The notes beneath the pieces are model-generated. The model saw only the letters and a list, made by a program, of their open reading frames with translations, ran no database searches and was not told the origin of the DNA. Made by a program: the position numbers and the translations under genes. 64,000 nt of DNA from an uncultured Bacilli bacterium (GTDB lineage Bacteria; Bacillota_I; Bacilli_A; RF39; UBA660). The stretch's first letter is position 1. Each line of letters starts with the position of its first letter. The stretch covers positions 770-64,769 of the forward strand of contig CALVIV010000002.1 in the NCBI GenBank assembly GCA_944331935.1, in the 5' to 3' direction. This document shows positions 51,501 to 60,639 of the stretch, piece by piece.

Positions 51501-52652
51501 ATGCCAGTTTATAGAGAAAAAAATAAAAAGAAATGGACTAAAGATGGAAGATCATATTACTTTAGATGCTACTATACAGATATGTATGGTAATAGAAAAC
51601 AAAAAGAAAGTAAATTATATAAATTAAGTAGTGAAGCGAAAGAAGCTGAAAGAGAATTTTTAAATAATGTTGAAAAGAAAGATATAACAGATACTAATAT
51701 ATCATTTGAGTCAGTTTTTTATGAGTGGCTATCTATAAAAGAAAGAGCCGTTAAATGTACTACTTATTATCGTTTAAAACAAAATTTAACAAAACATATA
51801 TTAAATTTTTTCAGTAAATATAAATTACACTCAATAAAAATGGATACAATTAATAGTTGGTACTCATATTTAGAAAATGCTAATATCGGTGAAAAGTATC
51901 AGAACTCATTAATTGGCTATTTAAAAGAAGTTTTGACATATGCTAAGGACAATTATGACTTTGATATAAAAATCGTTTCTAGAATACAAAAAAAGCGTAT
52001 TTCAAAGGATGTTACAAAAGTTAATGATGCTCTATGGAATTTTTGGACAGATAAAGAATTTGATATATTCATAAAGTGTGTTGATGACCCTTTCTATTAC
52101 ATAATTTTTAATTTTCTTTATTATACAGGTCTTAGAATGGGAGAGCTAATTGCTTTAACTTGGAATAACGTAAATTTAGAAAGAAAAGAAATATATATAA
52201 AAGACAATTTTACAAACAAAGTAGAAGGACAGGTGTTTGCAATAGTGGATCCTAAATCCGATAATTCAATTCGTATTGTTGATTTAGACGATGACACTGT
52301 TGCAATGTTATCTAAACATTATGAACACGAAAAAAAATTATATAATTTTTCAAATGAGTGGTTTGTTTTTGGTAATGTTAAATATGTAGCACCTACCACA
52401 TTTGCAAACCATCTTGATAAATATATTGAACAGGCAAAAAAAGAACATACTAATTTTAAACGAATAACACCTCATGGTTTTAGACATTCGCATGCATCGC
52501 TATTAATTAATTTAGGATGTGATAGTCGTGAAGTTGCTGCGAGATTAGGAGATACTGTTGAAGTTATAGAAAGTACATATTATCATATGTTTCCTGATAA
52601 GAAAAAACATACCATAGATGTATTAAATAACTTTAAAAAAAGAGGTAAATGA
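51501..52652 (+). CDS. int: tyrosine integrase
   Basis: 383 aa. Contains LRMGELIAL...HGFRHSHASLL...Y. The stop lies 56 nt from the att core. Confidence 0.9.
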   Translation: MPVYREKNKKKWTKDGRSYYFRCYYTDMYGNRKQKESKLYKLSSEAKEAEREFLNNVEKKDITDTNISFESVFYEWLSIKERAVKCTTYYRLKQNLTKHILNFFSKYKLHSIKMDTINSWYSYLENANIGEKYQNSLIGYLKEVLTYAKDNYDFDIKIVSRIQKKRISKDVTKVNDALWNFWTDKEFDIFIKCVDDPFYYIIFNFLYYTGLRMGELIALTWNNVNLERKEIYIKDNFTNKVEGQVFAIVDPKSDNSIRIVDLDDDTVAMLSKHYEHEKKLYNFSNEWFVFGNVKYVAPTTFANHLDKYIEQAKKEHTNFKRITPHGFRHSHASLLINLGCDSREVAARLGDTVEVIESTYYHMFPDKKKHTIDVLNNFKKRGK

Positions 52653-52678
52653 GGGGTAAATAAAAAATATAATAATAA

Positions 52679-52699
52679 AACCCTTATAAAATAAGGGTT
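52679..52699 (-). terminator. phage-borne terminator now serving the tRNA cluster
   Basis: Minus strand AACCCTTAT-TTT-ATAAGGGTT followed by a T-rich run, 10 nt after the tRNA-Phe 3' end. Confidence 0.55.
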
Positions 52700-52708
52700 A
52701 AAATCTAA

Positions 52709-52727
52709 CTGGTGGCTCCAGCGGGAA
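52709..52727. repeat. attR core (3' end of the intact tRNA-Phe)
   Basis: Identical to 15958-15976. Confidence 0.85.
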
Positions 52728-52784
52728 TCGAACCAGCGACACAAGGATTTTCAGTCCTTTGCTCTACCGACTGAGCTATGAAGC
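52709..52784 (-). tRNA. tRNA-Phe (GAA)
   Basis: Reverse complement GGCTTCATAGCTCAGTCGGTAGAGC...CTGAAAA...GGTTCGATTCC...CCA. Confidence 0.95.
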
Positions 52785-52796
52785 CAAAAATAAAAA

Positions 52797-52873
52797 ATGG
52801 CGGTTCCGACGGGGCTCGAACCCGCGATCTTCTGCGTGACAGGCAGACGTGTTAACCAGCTGCACCACGGAAC
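52797..52873 (-). tRNA. tRNA-Asp (GUC)
   Basis: Acceptor GGTTCCG/CGGAACC, anticodon loop CTGTCAC, encoded CCA. Confidence 0.95.
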
Positions 52874-52874
52874 C

Positions 52875-52950
<76 letters not shown>

Positions 52951-52965
52951 GATATAAAATTCTAA

Positions 52966-53058
52966 ATGGCGGAGGAAAAGGGATTCGAACCCCTGCGCCG
53001 CTTGCGCGACCTCCCGGTTTTCAAGACCGGTCCCTTCAACCAGACTTGGGTATTCCTC
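52966..53058 (-). tRNA. tRNA-Ser (UGA)
   Basis: Long variable arm, anticodon loop CTTGAAA, encoded CCA. Confidence 0.95.
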
Positions 53059-53066
53059 CAAAATAG

Positions 53067-53155
53067 ATGGTGCCTAAGGTCGGACTTGAACCGACACGAG
53101 GGGTGAACCTCCCAGGATTTTAAGTCCTGTGCGTCTACCAATTTCGCCACTCAGG
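53067..53155 (-). tRNA. tRNA-Leu (UAA)
   Basis: Begins GCCTGAGTGGCGAAATTGG. Long variable arm, anticodon loop CTTAAAA. Confidence 0.9.
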
Positions 53156-53164
53156 CACATATAA

Positions 53165-53240
53165 ATGGTGACCCGCATGAGATTCGAACTCATGACCCTT
53201 TGATTAAAAGTCAAATGCTCTACCGACTGAGCTAGCGGAT
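53165..53240 (-). tRNA. tRNA-Lys (UUU)
   Basis: Anticodon loop CTTTTAA, TPsiC GTTCGAATC, encoded CCA. Confidence 0.95.
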
Positions 53241-53255
53241 CATACTACTAATTAG

Positions 53256-53330
53256 ATGGTTGCCTCGGTTAGATTCGAACTAACGCATGTCAGAGTCAAA
53301 GTCTGATGCCTTACCACTTGGCTACGAGGC
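53256..53330 (-). tRNA. tRNA-Gln (UUG)
   Basis: U1-A72 start TGCCTCG, anticodon loop CTTTGAC. Confidence 0.9.
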
Positions 53331-53351
53331 AATAACAAATGAGTATAAACT

Positions 53352-53435
53352 ATGGTGGAGAGAGATGGATTCGAACCATCGAACCCGAAGGAACAGATTT
53401 ACAGTCTGTCGCGTTTAGCCACTTCGCTATCTCTC
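53352..53435 (-). tRNA. tRNA-Tyr (GUA)
   Basis: Variable arm present, anticodon loop CTGTAAA. Confidence 0.95.
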
Positions 53436-53447
53436 CGACATAATAAA

Positions 53448-53523
53448 ATGGTGCCGAAAACAGGAATCGAACCCGTAACCTACTGATTACAAATCAGTTG
53501 CTCTACCAATTGAGCTATTTCGG
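53448..53523 (-). tRNA. tRNA-Thr (UGU)
   Basis: Acceptor GCCGAAA/TTTCGGC, anticodon loop TTTGTAA. Confidence 0.95.
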
Positions 53524-53536
53524 CAACATATAATAA

Positions 53537-53613
53537 ATGGTGGGCGATATAGGACTCGAACCTATGACCCCTTGCTTGTAAGGCAAGTGCTCTAACCAAC
53601 TGAGCTAATCGCC
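53537..53613 (-). tRNA. tRNA-Val (UAC)
   Basis: Acceptor GGGCGAT/ATCGCCC, anticodon loop CTTACAA. Confidence 0.95.
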
Positions 53614-53634
53614 CAAAAACCGTTTGACATGATT

Positions 53635-53664
53635 AAATATACCAGTTAATTATGAGATTGTCAA
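53635..53664 (-). promoter_or_regulatory. promoter of the 10-tRNA cluster
   Basis: Minus strand TTGACA (53664-53659), 17-18 nt, TATATT, about 20 nt upstream of tRNA-Val. Confidence 0.55.
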
Positions 53665-53682
53665 TAATTTTTGCAGATTTTT

Positions 53683-54036
53683 TCATTTTTTTAAACTTTC
53701 TAGTTCTTTTCTTACCCAATAGTCAAGATGTAAGGCCAAATTTTTAAAACCACTTTCTGTTTCTTTTATTCTGCTGCCATGCTTTTTAGTTATTCTATAA
53801 TCAACATTTTTAATGCTTAACTTATACATATTATCACTACTCTTACTGACGATTCTTACTCTTATCAGTTCATTAGCAGTAGCATATTTATTTAAATCTT
53901 CTATATAGTGATTACCAATTTCTGATATATGAATAAGTCCACTGTTATTATTATCTAATTTTACAAAAATACCATAATCTTTTATACCTGTAACAGTTCC
54001 AACAACTATGGAACCTTCTTTATATTCTTTTACCAT
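53683..54036 (-). CDS. S1 RNA-binding domain protein (YabR/GSP13-like)
   Basis: GSIVVGTVTGIKDYGIFVKLDNNNSGLIHISEI is an S1 OB-fold. Confidence 0.8.
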   Translation of the reverse strand: MVKEYKEGSIVVGTVTGIKDYGIFVKLDNNNSGLIHISEIGNHYIEDLNKYATANELIRVRIVSKSSDNMYKLSIKNVDYRITKKHGSRIKETESGFKNLALHLDYWVRKELESLKK

Positions 54037-54144
54037 ACACTTAACCTCTAGGTGTATTATAGCAAAAAAAGGCTTTCGTTACAACCTTTACAATATTTAT
54101 AAAAATGTCTATAATTATGATATTGAAAGGAACAAGTGATTTAA

Positions 54145-54375
54145 ATGGAAAATGTAGAAGATAAAATTAAGAGTATTATTGATGAATTAAAGCCTTTTTT
54201 AATTAGTGATGGTGGGGCTTTAGAATATATTAAATTTGAAGATGGTATTGTCTATGTTAAATTAGGTGGAGCCTGTCAAGATTGTGCTTTCTTAGACGTT
54301 ACTTTAAAAGATGGTATTGAACAGATGATTATGAATGAAGTACCTGAAGTTAAAGAAGTAAGAAATGTTAATTAG
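54145..54375 (+). CDS. NifU-like Fe-S domain protein (YutI-like)
   Basis: LISDGGALEYI...GACQDC. Confidence 0.8.
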   Translation: MENVEDKIKSIIDELKPFLISDGGALEYIKFEDGIVYVKLGGACQDCAFLDVTLKDGIEQMIMNEVPEVKEVRNVN

Positions 54376-55273
54376 CTTCTAACCAGTCTATTTTTAGAAT
54401 AGGCTTTTTTTTATTTATAAAATTATAAATATATCTTAAAAACTTTTCATATTCATCTGTTCTCTTTAATACATTGATAATCTCTTTTTCTTTTAGAGTC
54501 TCATTTATTATCTTCTCATAGATATCAAAGTATTGACTTGGAAAAAGAAGTCTTGCTATTAATAAGCCATATTGATAAGTACTATAATTTAGATTAGTTA
54601 AAAACTCATCTAGAAAATCATATGTATAATCATCTGTTATAAAGAGATATTTAAGATATTCGGCACTATCTCTTGCTTTATTATCTATAACGATGTTTAA
54701 AGGGTTATAGAAGCTTAAATTAGAGAGATTTACTCTTCTTCTTGATAAGACTAAAGTGTCATTAAATTCTTTGGTTAGATAGCTGTTAGTAGCATTAAAA
54801 TAGCTTATAGCATTTTCTCCTAGACCTATAAAATAATCTAGAGTCTGATAGAGGATTTTATATTTTATTTTTATATAGTCTTTTTGATATTCAAAATAAT
54901 CTATCTTACTACTCCAAAGATTATTCCAACTACTATGATTTAATAGTTTTAGATTAGATGCCTCTTTTGGACAATATGTTGGATTATAGATGTCATTAAT
55001 ATTAAATCTGTTATTTTTAGGTGCTCTTAAAAGAATATAATAGTGATTATTTATTATACTTAAAGCTTCTTTATTTACATTAAAGATAATCATCATAAAA
55101 CTATTATTATAAACATTTCTAAGAAGTATGATTAATTCATTTATATATTCTAATGGCCTATTTACTTTATATAGATAATAGATGTAATTATCAAGATAAA
55201 AGTAATAATAATTATCTTTTTTAATTATTTTTTCTGGGGTAAGTCCATAGTAATAAAAAAGAGTATTCTTCAT
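54368..55273 (-). CDS. CotS/YutH-like spore coat kinase-fold protein
   Basis: Start moved to the ATG at 55273 after GAGG. About 300 aa, Tyr/Asn-rich. Neighbourhood with a yutI-like gene as in Bacillus. Family call is tentative. Confidence 0.45.
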   Translation of the reverse strand: MKNTLFYYYGLTPEKIIKKDNYYYFYLDNYIYYLYKVNRPLEYINELIILLRNVYNNSFMMIIFNVNKEALSIINNHYYILLRAPKNNRFNINDIYNPTYCPKEASNLKLLNHSSWNNLWSSKIDYFEYQKDYIKIKYKILYQTLDYFIGLGENAISYFNATNSYLTKEFNDTLVLSRRRVNLSNLSFYNPLNIVIDNKARDSAEYLKYLFITDDYTYDFLDEFLTNLNYSTYQYGLLIARLLFPSQYFDIYEKIINETLKEKEIINVLKRTDEYEKFLRYIYNFINKKKPILKIDWLEAN

Positions 55274-55322
55274 ATCTAAAACCTCAGTAAAGTATATGAA
55301 AAAAAACAAAAAAAAGAACGTA

Positions 55323-56759
55323 TTACATTCTACGTCCTCCAGCACCACCATATTGACCATCATCATCAGGAGTTTTGCCTTTTATATATTTGTTAATTTC
55401 TTCTTGCATTGCTCTATATTTTTCTAGATTTGCAGCATTTTGTTTTTCAATTTCATCTATTTTTTCATCATATCCACTAATTTCACTATTTAGTTCTGAT
55501 TTTCTATCATTAAGTGTAGTTTCTTCTGAACTTAATTTAGCTTCTTCTTCATCAAGACGTTTTAATTCTTCTAACTGTTTAGCCATACTTGCCATATCTG
55601 CAGCATCTTGTTCACTTTTTCTAGTTGCTTCAGCTAATCTTTCTTTCTTATCTTTAGCAGTTTGCTCTAATGTACCTACTTCAGTTCTTAGATTACTAAC
55701 TTTTCTACTTCTTTCATTTAGTCCTTCTTGACGGCTAGTTAAAATTTGTTTGAAAGAAGTATCACCACCAAAATCTACACCTTGGTTATTATGTACTTTT
55801 CCTAAAGTTGTATATTTTCTTTCTGTTTCACTATCATTTTGATTTTGAGTAAGATTTGGTATATTATATTCTGATGTTGTTGGTTGGTCTTGACCAAAGA
55901 TAGATTCATTGTTTTCAGCTGGTGTTCTAACTTCTTCATCTTTATCATCAGTAGTTGGTTGAGTAGTCCACTCACCCATTTCCCCACTAATAGGTGGAAC
56001 ATCAAAATCGATTGTAGGACTAATAGATGGATTATCTTTTCTTGATTCAACTGGTTTTTCAACGTCTGGTATTAATATTTTCTGTTCTTCGTTATTTAAA
56101 AGGTCTAGTGCATCATCTACACCAATACGGTTAGTAATCACGTTATCAACTTTTTCTTTAGTTTCTTTTGCAATATTATTAATTTTACTATCAATATTTT
56201 CAACGTTGATATCATTAGTATCTTCTCTTTCCATCATCGCACGATTTACTTCTTCTTTAATAGCTTCACTATCTACATTTGTAAACACATTATCGGTATC
56301 TTGAGCATCCATTAATACATTTTGAGCCTTTTCAAATTCTTTATCAATATCTATTTTTTCTCCTTCTATTTTTATAGAACCATTTTCTGCTAATTGTTTT
56401 AAGTTTTCTTCTGGTAATTTTAAAGCTTTCTTTGCTATTTCCATGAATCTTGTTCGTGAATCTGAAAACTGTTCAAATACATCCTTAAGATTATTTATTT
56501 GCTTACTAAGTTCAACTAATTTCTTCTTTGTTTCTATTTTTTCTTTAAAGCTTAAATTATTATTTTCTAGTTTTTGTTCTAATTTGGCTTGTTTATCTTC
56601 TTGAGCTTTTATCTCTTCTTGCATAAAAGCTTCTTGTACTTCCAGGATAACAGCATAAGAAGTTATTTTTAATTTAATCTTATTAGAATCACCACTTAAA
56701 ACATTACCGTCAACTCGTTTAATATCAAATTCTTCATTATGTAGTTTTTCTTCACTCAT
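55323..56759 (-). CDS. acidic coiled-coil / low-complexity protein
   Basis: Start at the ATG at 56759 after GGAGG. Long Glu/Lys coiled-coils and a Gly-rich tail YGGAGGRRM. Confidence 0.55.
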   Translation of the reverse strand: MSEEKLHNEEFDIKRVDGNVLSGDSNKIKLKITSYAVILEVQEAFMQEEIKAQEDKQAKLEQKLENNNLSFKEKIETKKKLVELSKQINNLKDVFEQFSDSRTRFMEIAKKALKLPEENLKQLAENGSIKIEGEKIDIDKEFEKAQNVLMDAQDTDNVFTNVDSEAIKEEVNRAMMEREDTNDINVENIDSKINNIAKETKEKVDNVITNRIGVDDALDLLNNEEQKILIPDVEKPVESRKDNPSISPTIDFDVPPISGEMGEWTTQPTTDDKDEEVRTPAENNESIFGQDQPTTSEYNIPNLTQNQNDSETERKYTTLGKVHNNQGVDFGGDTSFKQILTSRQEGLNERSRKVSNLRTEVGTLEQTAKDKKERLAEATRKSEQDAADMASMAKQLEELKRLDEEEAKLSSEETTLNDRKSELNSEISGYDEKIDEIEKQNAANLEKYRAMQEEINKYIKGKTPDDDGQYGGAGGRRM

Positions 56760-56791
56760 GTCATTCGCCTCCAACTAATTATTACTATCTA

Positions 56792-57061
56792 TTAGTCTTT
56801 TTTTGATAGTTTTCTTAATACGTCTTTTACTCTATTCCATTCATCCTCATCATCAATACCATATAATTTAGGAGTATCTCCACTTCTATCTACTTGAGAT
56901 ACATAAACTGTTACATTACCATTTTCATCTTTTTCATTTTTTGTATAAACAACATATTCTTTCTTTGTATCTTTGAATTCAAAGGCAATAACAACTTCTA
57001 CTTCATCGATAGAACCGTCTTCACCTATGATTGATAAGGTCATTTTCTTCTTTTCGTTCAT
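56792..57061 (-). CDS. DUF1292-family protein
   Basis: DEVEVVIAFEFKDTKKEYVVYT...VYVSQV pattern. Confidence 0.65.
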   Translation of the reverse strand: MNEKKKMTLSIIGEDGSIDEVEVVIAFEFKDTKKEYVVYTKNEKDENGNVTVYVSQVDRSGDTPKLYGIDDEDEWNRVKDVLRKLSKKD

Positions 57062-57131
57062 CCTTTTTTCCTCCCTTTTCTATTCTATAAACCATTTTAA
57101 CATAAAAAAAAAGAAATAAAAAGCCCCTTTT

Positions 57132-57425
57132 TTACATATTTTTACTATTTTTAGGATTTTTTTCTTTTTTTAAGAGAAAAGTTTTCGCTCCAGGGGAACA
57201 ATATTCTTTGATGTAATCCTCTAAATATTTAATGTCATTTAGCTTTTTTGCCTTTTTATTACTACTATCATAGAAGCCTTTAAGTCTTATTTTTCCATAA
57301 GAATAGTCTCCTAAAACATAATCATAATCTTGAAAATAATCTGTAAAAAGAGAATTTACTTCTTCATAATCAAAGTTTTCTTTTCCTTTTGTTACTTTAT
57401 AATTATTAGATAATAATTTATACAT
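57132..57425 (-). CDS. yutD: YutD-like (DUF1027) protein
   Basis: YDYVLGDYSYGKIRLKGFY motif. Start at the ATG at 57425 after AGGTGG. Confidence 0.65.
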   Translation of the reverse strand: MYKLLSNNYKVTKGKENFDYEEVNSLFTDYFQDYDYVLGDYSYGKIRLKGFYDSSNKKAKKLNDIKYLEDYIKEYCSPGAKTFLLKKEKNPKNSKNM

Positions 57426-57452
57426 TCCTACCACCTATATAATTGTAACACA

Positions 57453-58172
57453 TTATTTAATTTTGGTGGCAAAAACTTGGGATGATGCAGAAAATGCTCC
57501 ATTGTAGTAGTTAGGGACACTTCCTTGAATTAGTTGGGTTGTAAGATTTACTTTGGTAGTAATAGGTATACTTTCTGTAGAATGAGGCATGGTTATTTTT
57601 TCTTTGATAGTTACTTCTATTCCTACTTCGATTAAAGCATTATTAAAGCCATACTCTTTAACATCAGTTACAATGTTACTTGATACGGTTCCAATAAATG
57701 AAAATCTAATAGGAATACTGGTTGTTAGATTAACAATTAAGCCATTATGAAATAAGGAACCTATTGGAATATCACAAACTACACCATCATCTAGAAAAGT
57801 TAGTCTTGTTCCTTTTAAGGAGTCTGATAATTCTATATCAGTCGTATCTCCTTTTTCAATAGCACTTAATCGTTTCATGGCTTTATCATTAATATCTTTT
57901 AACAAGCGATTAGTTACTTTTGTATCAAAGTTAATTAGTTCAATATTACCATCGTTATCTCTACTTATTTCAAATAAGTCTTCATTAAAATAATCATCAT
58001 CAATATTAACAACATCATTTAATATTACATTAGCGATTCTTTCTGTTTCACTAGTAGCATATTTAACAATAACTTGTTCTAAACCTTTGCCTGCAAGGGA
58101 TGTAAGATATAAAGCGGTAAAAAAAGATAGTATTAAGAGACTAATAAAGATATATATTTTCTTTTTGTTCAT
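57453..58172 (-). CDS. yunB: sporulation protein YunB
   Basis: N-terminal TM helix. Contains IPIGSLFHNGLIVNLTTSIPIRFSFIGTV...GFNNALIEVGIEV. Confidence 0.7.
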   Translation of the reverse strand: MNKKKIYIFISLLILSFFTALYLTSLAGKGLEQVIVKYATSETERIANVILNDVVNIDDDYFNEDLFEISRDNDGNIELINFDTKVTNRLLKDINDKAMKRLSAIEKGDTTDIELSDSLKGTRLTFLDDGVVCDIPIGSLFHNGLIVNLTTSIPIRFSFIGTVSSNIVTDVKEYGFNNALIEVGIEVTIKEKITMPHSTESIPITTKVNLTTQLIQGSVPNYYNGAFSASSQVFATKIK

Positions 58173-58174
58173 AG

Positions 58175-58405
58175 TTAATTACCTAATCTTACTAGTATTA
58201 CATCTTCACCAATTCTCTCAATACTTTGCCACTTAATCTCAGTATCTTCACCTTTACCAAAAGAGATAAATTTACCTTTAGGTTCTACTATTAAACTAAT
58301 AATAGCACCATTTCTCTCATCTACTTTAACATCTATAATATTACCTATGTTTCTTCCATCTATAACATTAACAATATCTTTACTTTGTAAATCAGAAAGT
58401 CTCAT
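58175..58405 (-). CDS. YlmC/YmxH-family PRC-barrel sporulation protein
   Basis: MRLSDLQSKDIVNVIDGRNIGNIIDVKVD. Confidence 0.8.
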   Translation of the reverse strand: MRLSDLQSKDIVNVIDGRNIGNIIDVKVDERNGAIISLIVEPKGKFISFGKGEDTEIKWQSIERIGEDVILVRLGN

Positions 58406-58455
58406 AATATCACTGCCCTACTACTTAAAAATATGTCTTTTTTTACTAATTATTC

Positions 58456-59232
58456 TTATCTTAGAGTTTTCTTTAACTGCTTTATAGCATTTTTTTCTAG
58501 TCTTGATACTTGAGCTTGGCTAATATCCATATCTCTTGCTATTTCCATTTGAGTTTTACCTATTATATAACGTTCATTTAATATTATCTGTTCTCTATCG
58601 CTTAGTGATGAGACGGCATCGCTTGTGGCTAGTTTTTCTTCAATAACAGAGCCAGTTTTCTTTTTATCTTCTATTTGGTCATAGACATAAATAGTGTCAC
58701 CGCCATCATTATAGATAGGTTCAAACATCGATACTGGGTCTTTTAGGGACTCTAGAGCAAAGACAATATCATAGATAGTTGTGTTTAAAGATGAAGCTAG
58801 GTCTTCTATAGATATTTCTTCGCCTTTTTCCATAAAATATTCTTCTTTTAGTTTTAAGGCTTTGTAAGCTAAATCTCTTGTTGAACGGCTTACTCTGATA
58901 CTATTGTTATCTCTTAAGTATCTTTTTACTTCGCCTAGAATCATAGGTACAGCATAAGTTGAAAACTTTACTTCATGAGCTAGGTCAAAGTTATCTATCG
59001 CTTTAACAAGACCAATACATCCTACTTGAAATAAATCATCTAAATTTTCATTTCGGGTGTTTACTTTCCTTAAAATACTTAAAACTAGTTTTAAATTGCC
59101 ACTAATAAGGTCATTTCTAGCGAATTTATCACCTTCATGCATTTTTTTAAATAGTTCTGTCATCTCTTCTGTTGTTAATACTTTTAATTCCGAAGTTTTT
59201 ACTCCACTTATTACGACTTTATTATTTGCCAT
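58456..59232 (-). CDS. sigG: sporulation sigma factor SigG
   Basis: NKVVISGV.TS.L.VL...DDLFQVGCIGLVKAIDNFDL.H.VKFSTYAVPMI.GE.RYLRDNN.IRVSRS closely parallels B. subtilis SigG. Confidence 0.8.
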   Translation of the reverse strand: MANNKVVISGVKTSELKVLTTEEMTELFKKMHEGDKFARNDLISGNLKLVLSILRKVNTRNENLDDLFQVGCIGLVKAIDNFDLAHEVKFSTYAVPMILGEVKRYLRDNNSIRVSRSTRDLAYKALKLKEEYFMEKGEEISIEDLASSLNTTIYDIVFALESLKDPVSMFEPIYNDGGDTIYVYDQIEDKKKTGSVIEEKLATSDAVSSLSDREQIILNERYIIGKTQMEIARDMDISQAQVSRLEKNAIKQLKKTLR

Positions 59233-59249
59233 TTAATCATCTCCTAAAT

Positions 59250-59280
59250 TAGTAATGATTAAATGTTTAATTTTTTATGC
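59250..59280 (-). promoter_or_regulatory. possible forespore (sigmaF/G-type) promoter of sigG
   Basis: Minus strand GCATA, 18 nt, CATTACTA. An imperfect match to GHATR-N17/18-CATnnTA. Confidence 0.25.
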
Positions 59281-59357
59281 AATATTTTTTTGTAGACCTA
59301 AGAGGTTGTTTAGTATGAAAAAGAAAAAAAGTATCATATTAAGTGTAGATGTGGGTG

Positions 59358-59624
59358 ATGATATTGATAGAACTTAAGAAAACTTTTGGTAAAAATGTTA
59401 GGTATTATAGGTTTAAGAAAAAATATACACAGGCAAAGTTAGCTGAACTTTTGGATGTTTCTACTAATTATGTCAGTAGAATGGAACGAGGGCAGCATTC
59501 GGCTAGTTTTGATGTTATTGAAGAGTTATCTAAAATATTAGATGTTGAACCATATAAGTTTTTCTTAAAATCTAAAGATACAGAGTTGCCTCTACGTGTT
59601 GATATGAAGAAAAAAGGCAATTAG
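59358..59624 (+). CDS. XRE-family transcriptional regulator
   Basis: YTQAKLAELLDVSTNYVSRMERGQ. Start placed at an internal ATG. Confidence 0.75.
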   Translation: MILIELKKTFGKNVRYYRFKKKYTQAKLAELLDVSTNYVSRMERGQHSASFDVIEELSKILDVEPYKFFLKSKDTELPLRVDMKKKGN

Positions 59625-59652
59625 AGTTAATCTAATCGCCTAAAGGTTACTT

Positions 59653-59681
59653 GAGCTTACTTACCCTAAGCTCTTTTTTTT
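59653..59681 (+). terminator. intrinsic terminator
   Basis: GAGCTTA-cttaccc-TAAGCTC followed by T8. Overlaps the 3' end of the convergent gene. Confidence 0.55.
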
Positions 59682-60502
59682 AATGCTTTTATACCAAAGC
59701 CTACTAGTGTTAGTGATGTTACTAACATACCAACAGTTAAAATAATACTATCAGAAGTTTCTGGATTTTGTTCTTCTACAGTATTTTCACTATCAGGTGT
59801 TGTAACTTCTTCACTAGGTTCAGTTGGTTCTACTGGCTCTACAGGAATTTCTTCAGATGGCTTTTCTGGTAGAGTTGTATAAACATTTATACCATTTGCA
59901 GCAGTTATACTACAAAACCACATATAACCTGCACTTACAGCAGTTGTTTCTCCCATATCAATTTTTGTAGTTGAAGCGATTACTTCATCCCATTTTAATA
60001 TAGAAAATTGAAGATAAGTTTTACCATCTTCTAAAGTAGCAGTATATCTGTAAGTATATACTCCATCTTCTGAGATAGTATAACTAAAATCAGGGTCTAG
60101 ACCAACAGTTACAAGATAACCATCATTAACCTTTTGAGTGTCTACAAGTAATTCTGTAACATAACTATCACTTGCATCATTTAATGACATAGTTAAGCCA
60201 AATAATTCTCCATTAGCCATACTATCTTTATTTAACTCGATATATACATCTTCTGTAATACCATCTGCTAATTTAGCTTCACTTTTCATACTATATGGTC
60301 CTAAAAACATACCTTCTGTTGCAGTATCACTACCCTTTATATTAGTAATATTATCATCAACTGCAGTTACACTACCATAATCACCATTTTCTGTTTCCCA
60401 ATCTTTTAAAGTCCACTCTGTTTGAGCAGAAACATTTAAAAATGGAACGAAAGCAAATAGTCCAACCATAGCCATTCCTAATACTTTTTTAACACTTCTC
60501 AC
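59666..60502 (-). CDS. secreted, C-terminally anchored surface protein
   Basis: Signal peptide, Pro/Glu linker PEKPSEEIPVEPVEPTEPSEE, C-terminal TM helix plus KKRA. Confidence 0.6.
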   Translation of the reverse strand: MRSVKKVLGMAMVGLFAFVPFLNVSAQTEWTLKDWETENGDYGSVTAVDDNITNIKGSDTATEGMFLGPYSMKSEAKLADGITEDVYIELNKDSMANGELFGLTMSLNDASDSYVTELLVDTQKVNDGYLVTVGLDPDFSYTISEDGVYTYRYTATLEDGKTYLQFSILKWDEVIASTTKIDMGETTAVSAGYMWFCSITAANGINVYTTLPEKPSEEIPVEPVEPTEPSEEVTTPDSENTVEEQNPETSDSIILTVGMLVTSLTLVGFGIKALKKRA

Positions 60503-60639
60503 CTCTTATCCCTCCTTTCCTCAAGATAAGCCCTAATTTTAAACAAGCCTACCCTTCATATAAAATATACTTGATAATAATGATAAAGTCAATATTTTTC
60601 TAAACTTTTTAGGTTTATAAAATGTGTAAAGAAAAAGAC

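Larger units (their letters stand above)
15958..52727. mobile_element. integrated HK97-like siphovirus prophage (~36.8 kb) in tRNA-Phe
   Basis: 19-bp direct repeats at both ends, integrase next to the tRNA, and complete lysogeny, replication, packaging, head, tail and lysis modules. Confidence 0.9.
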
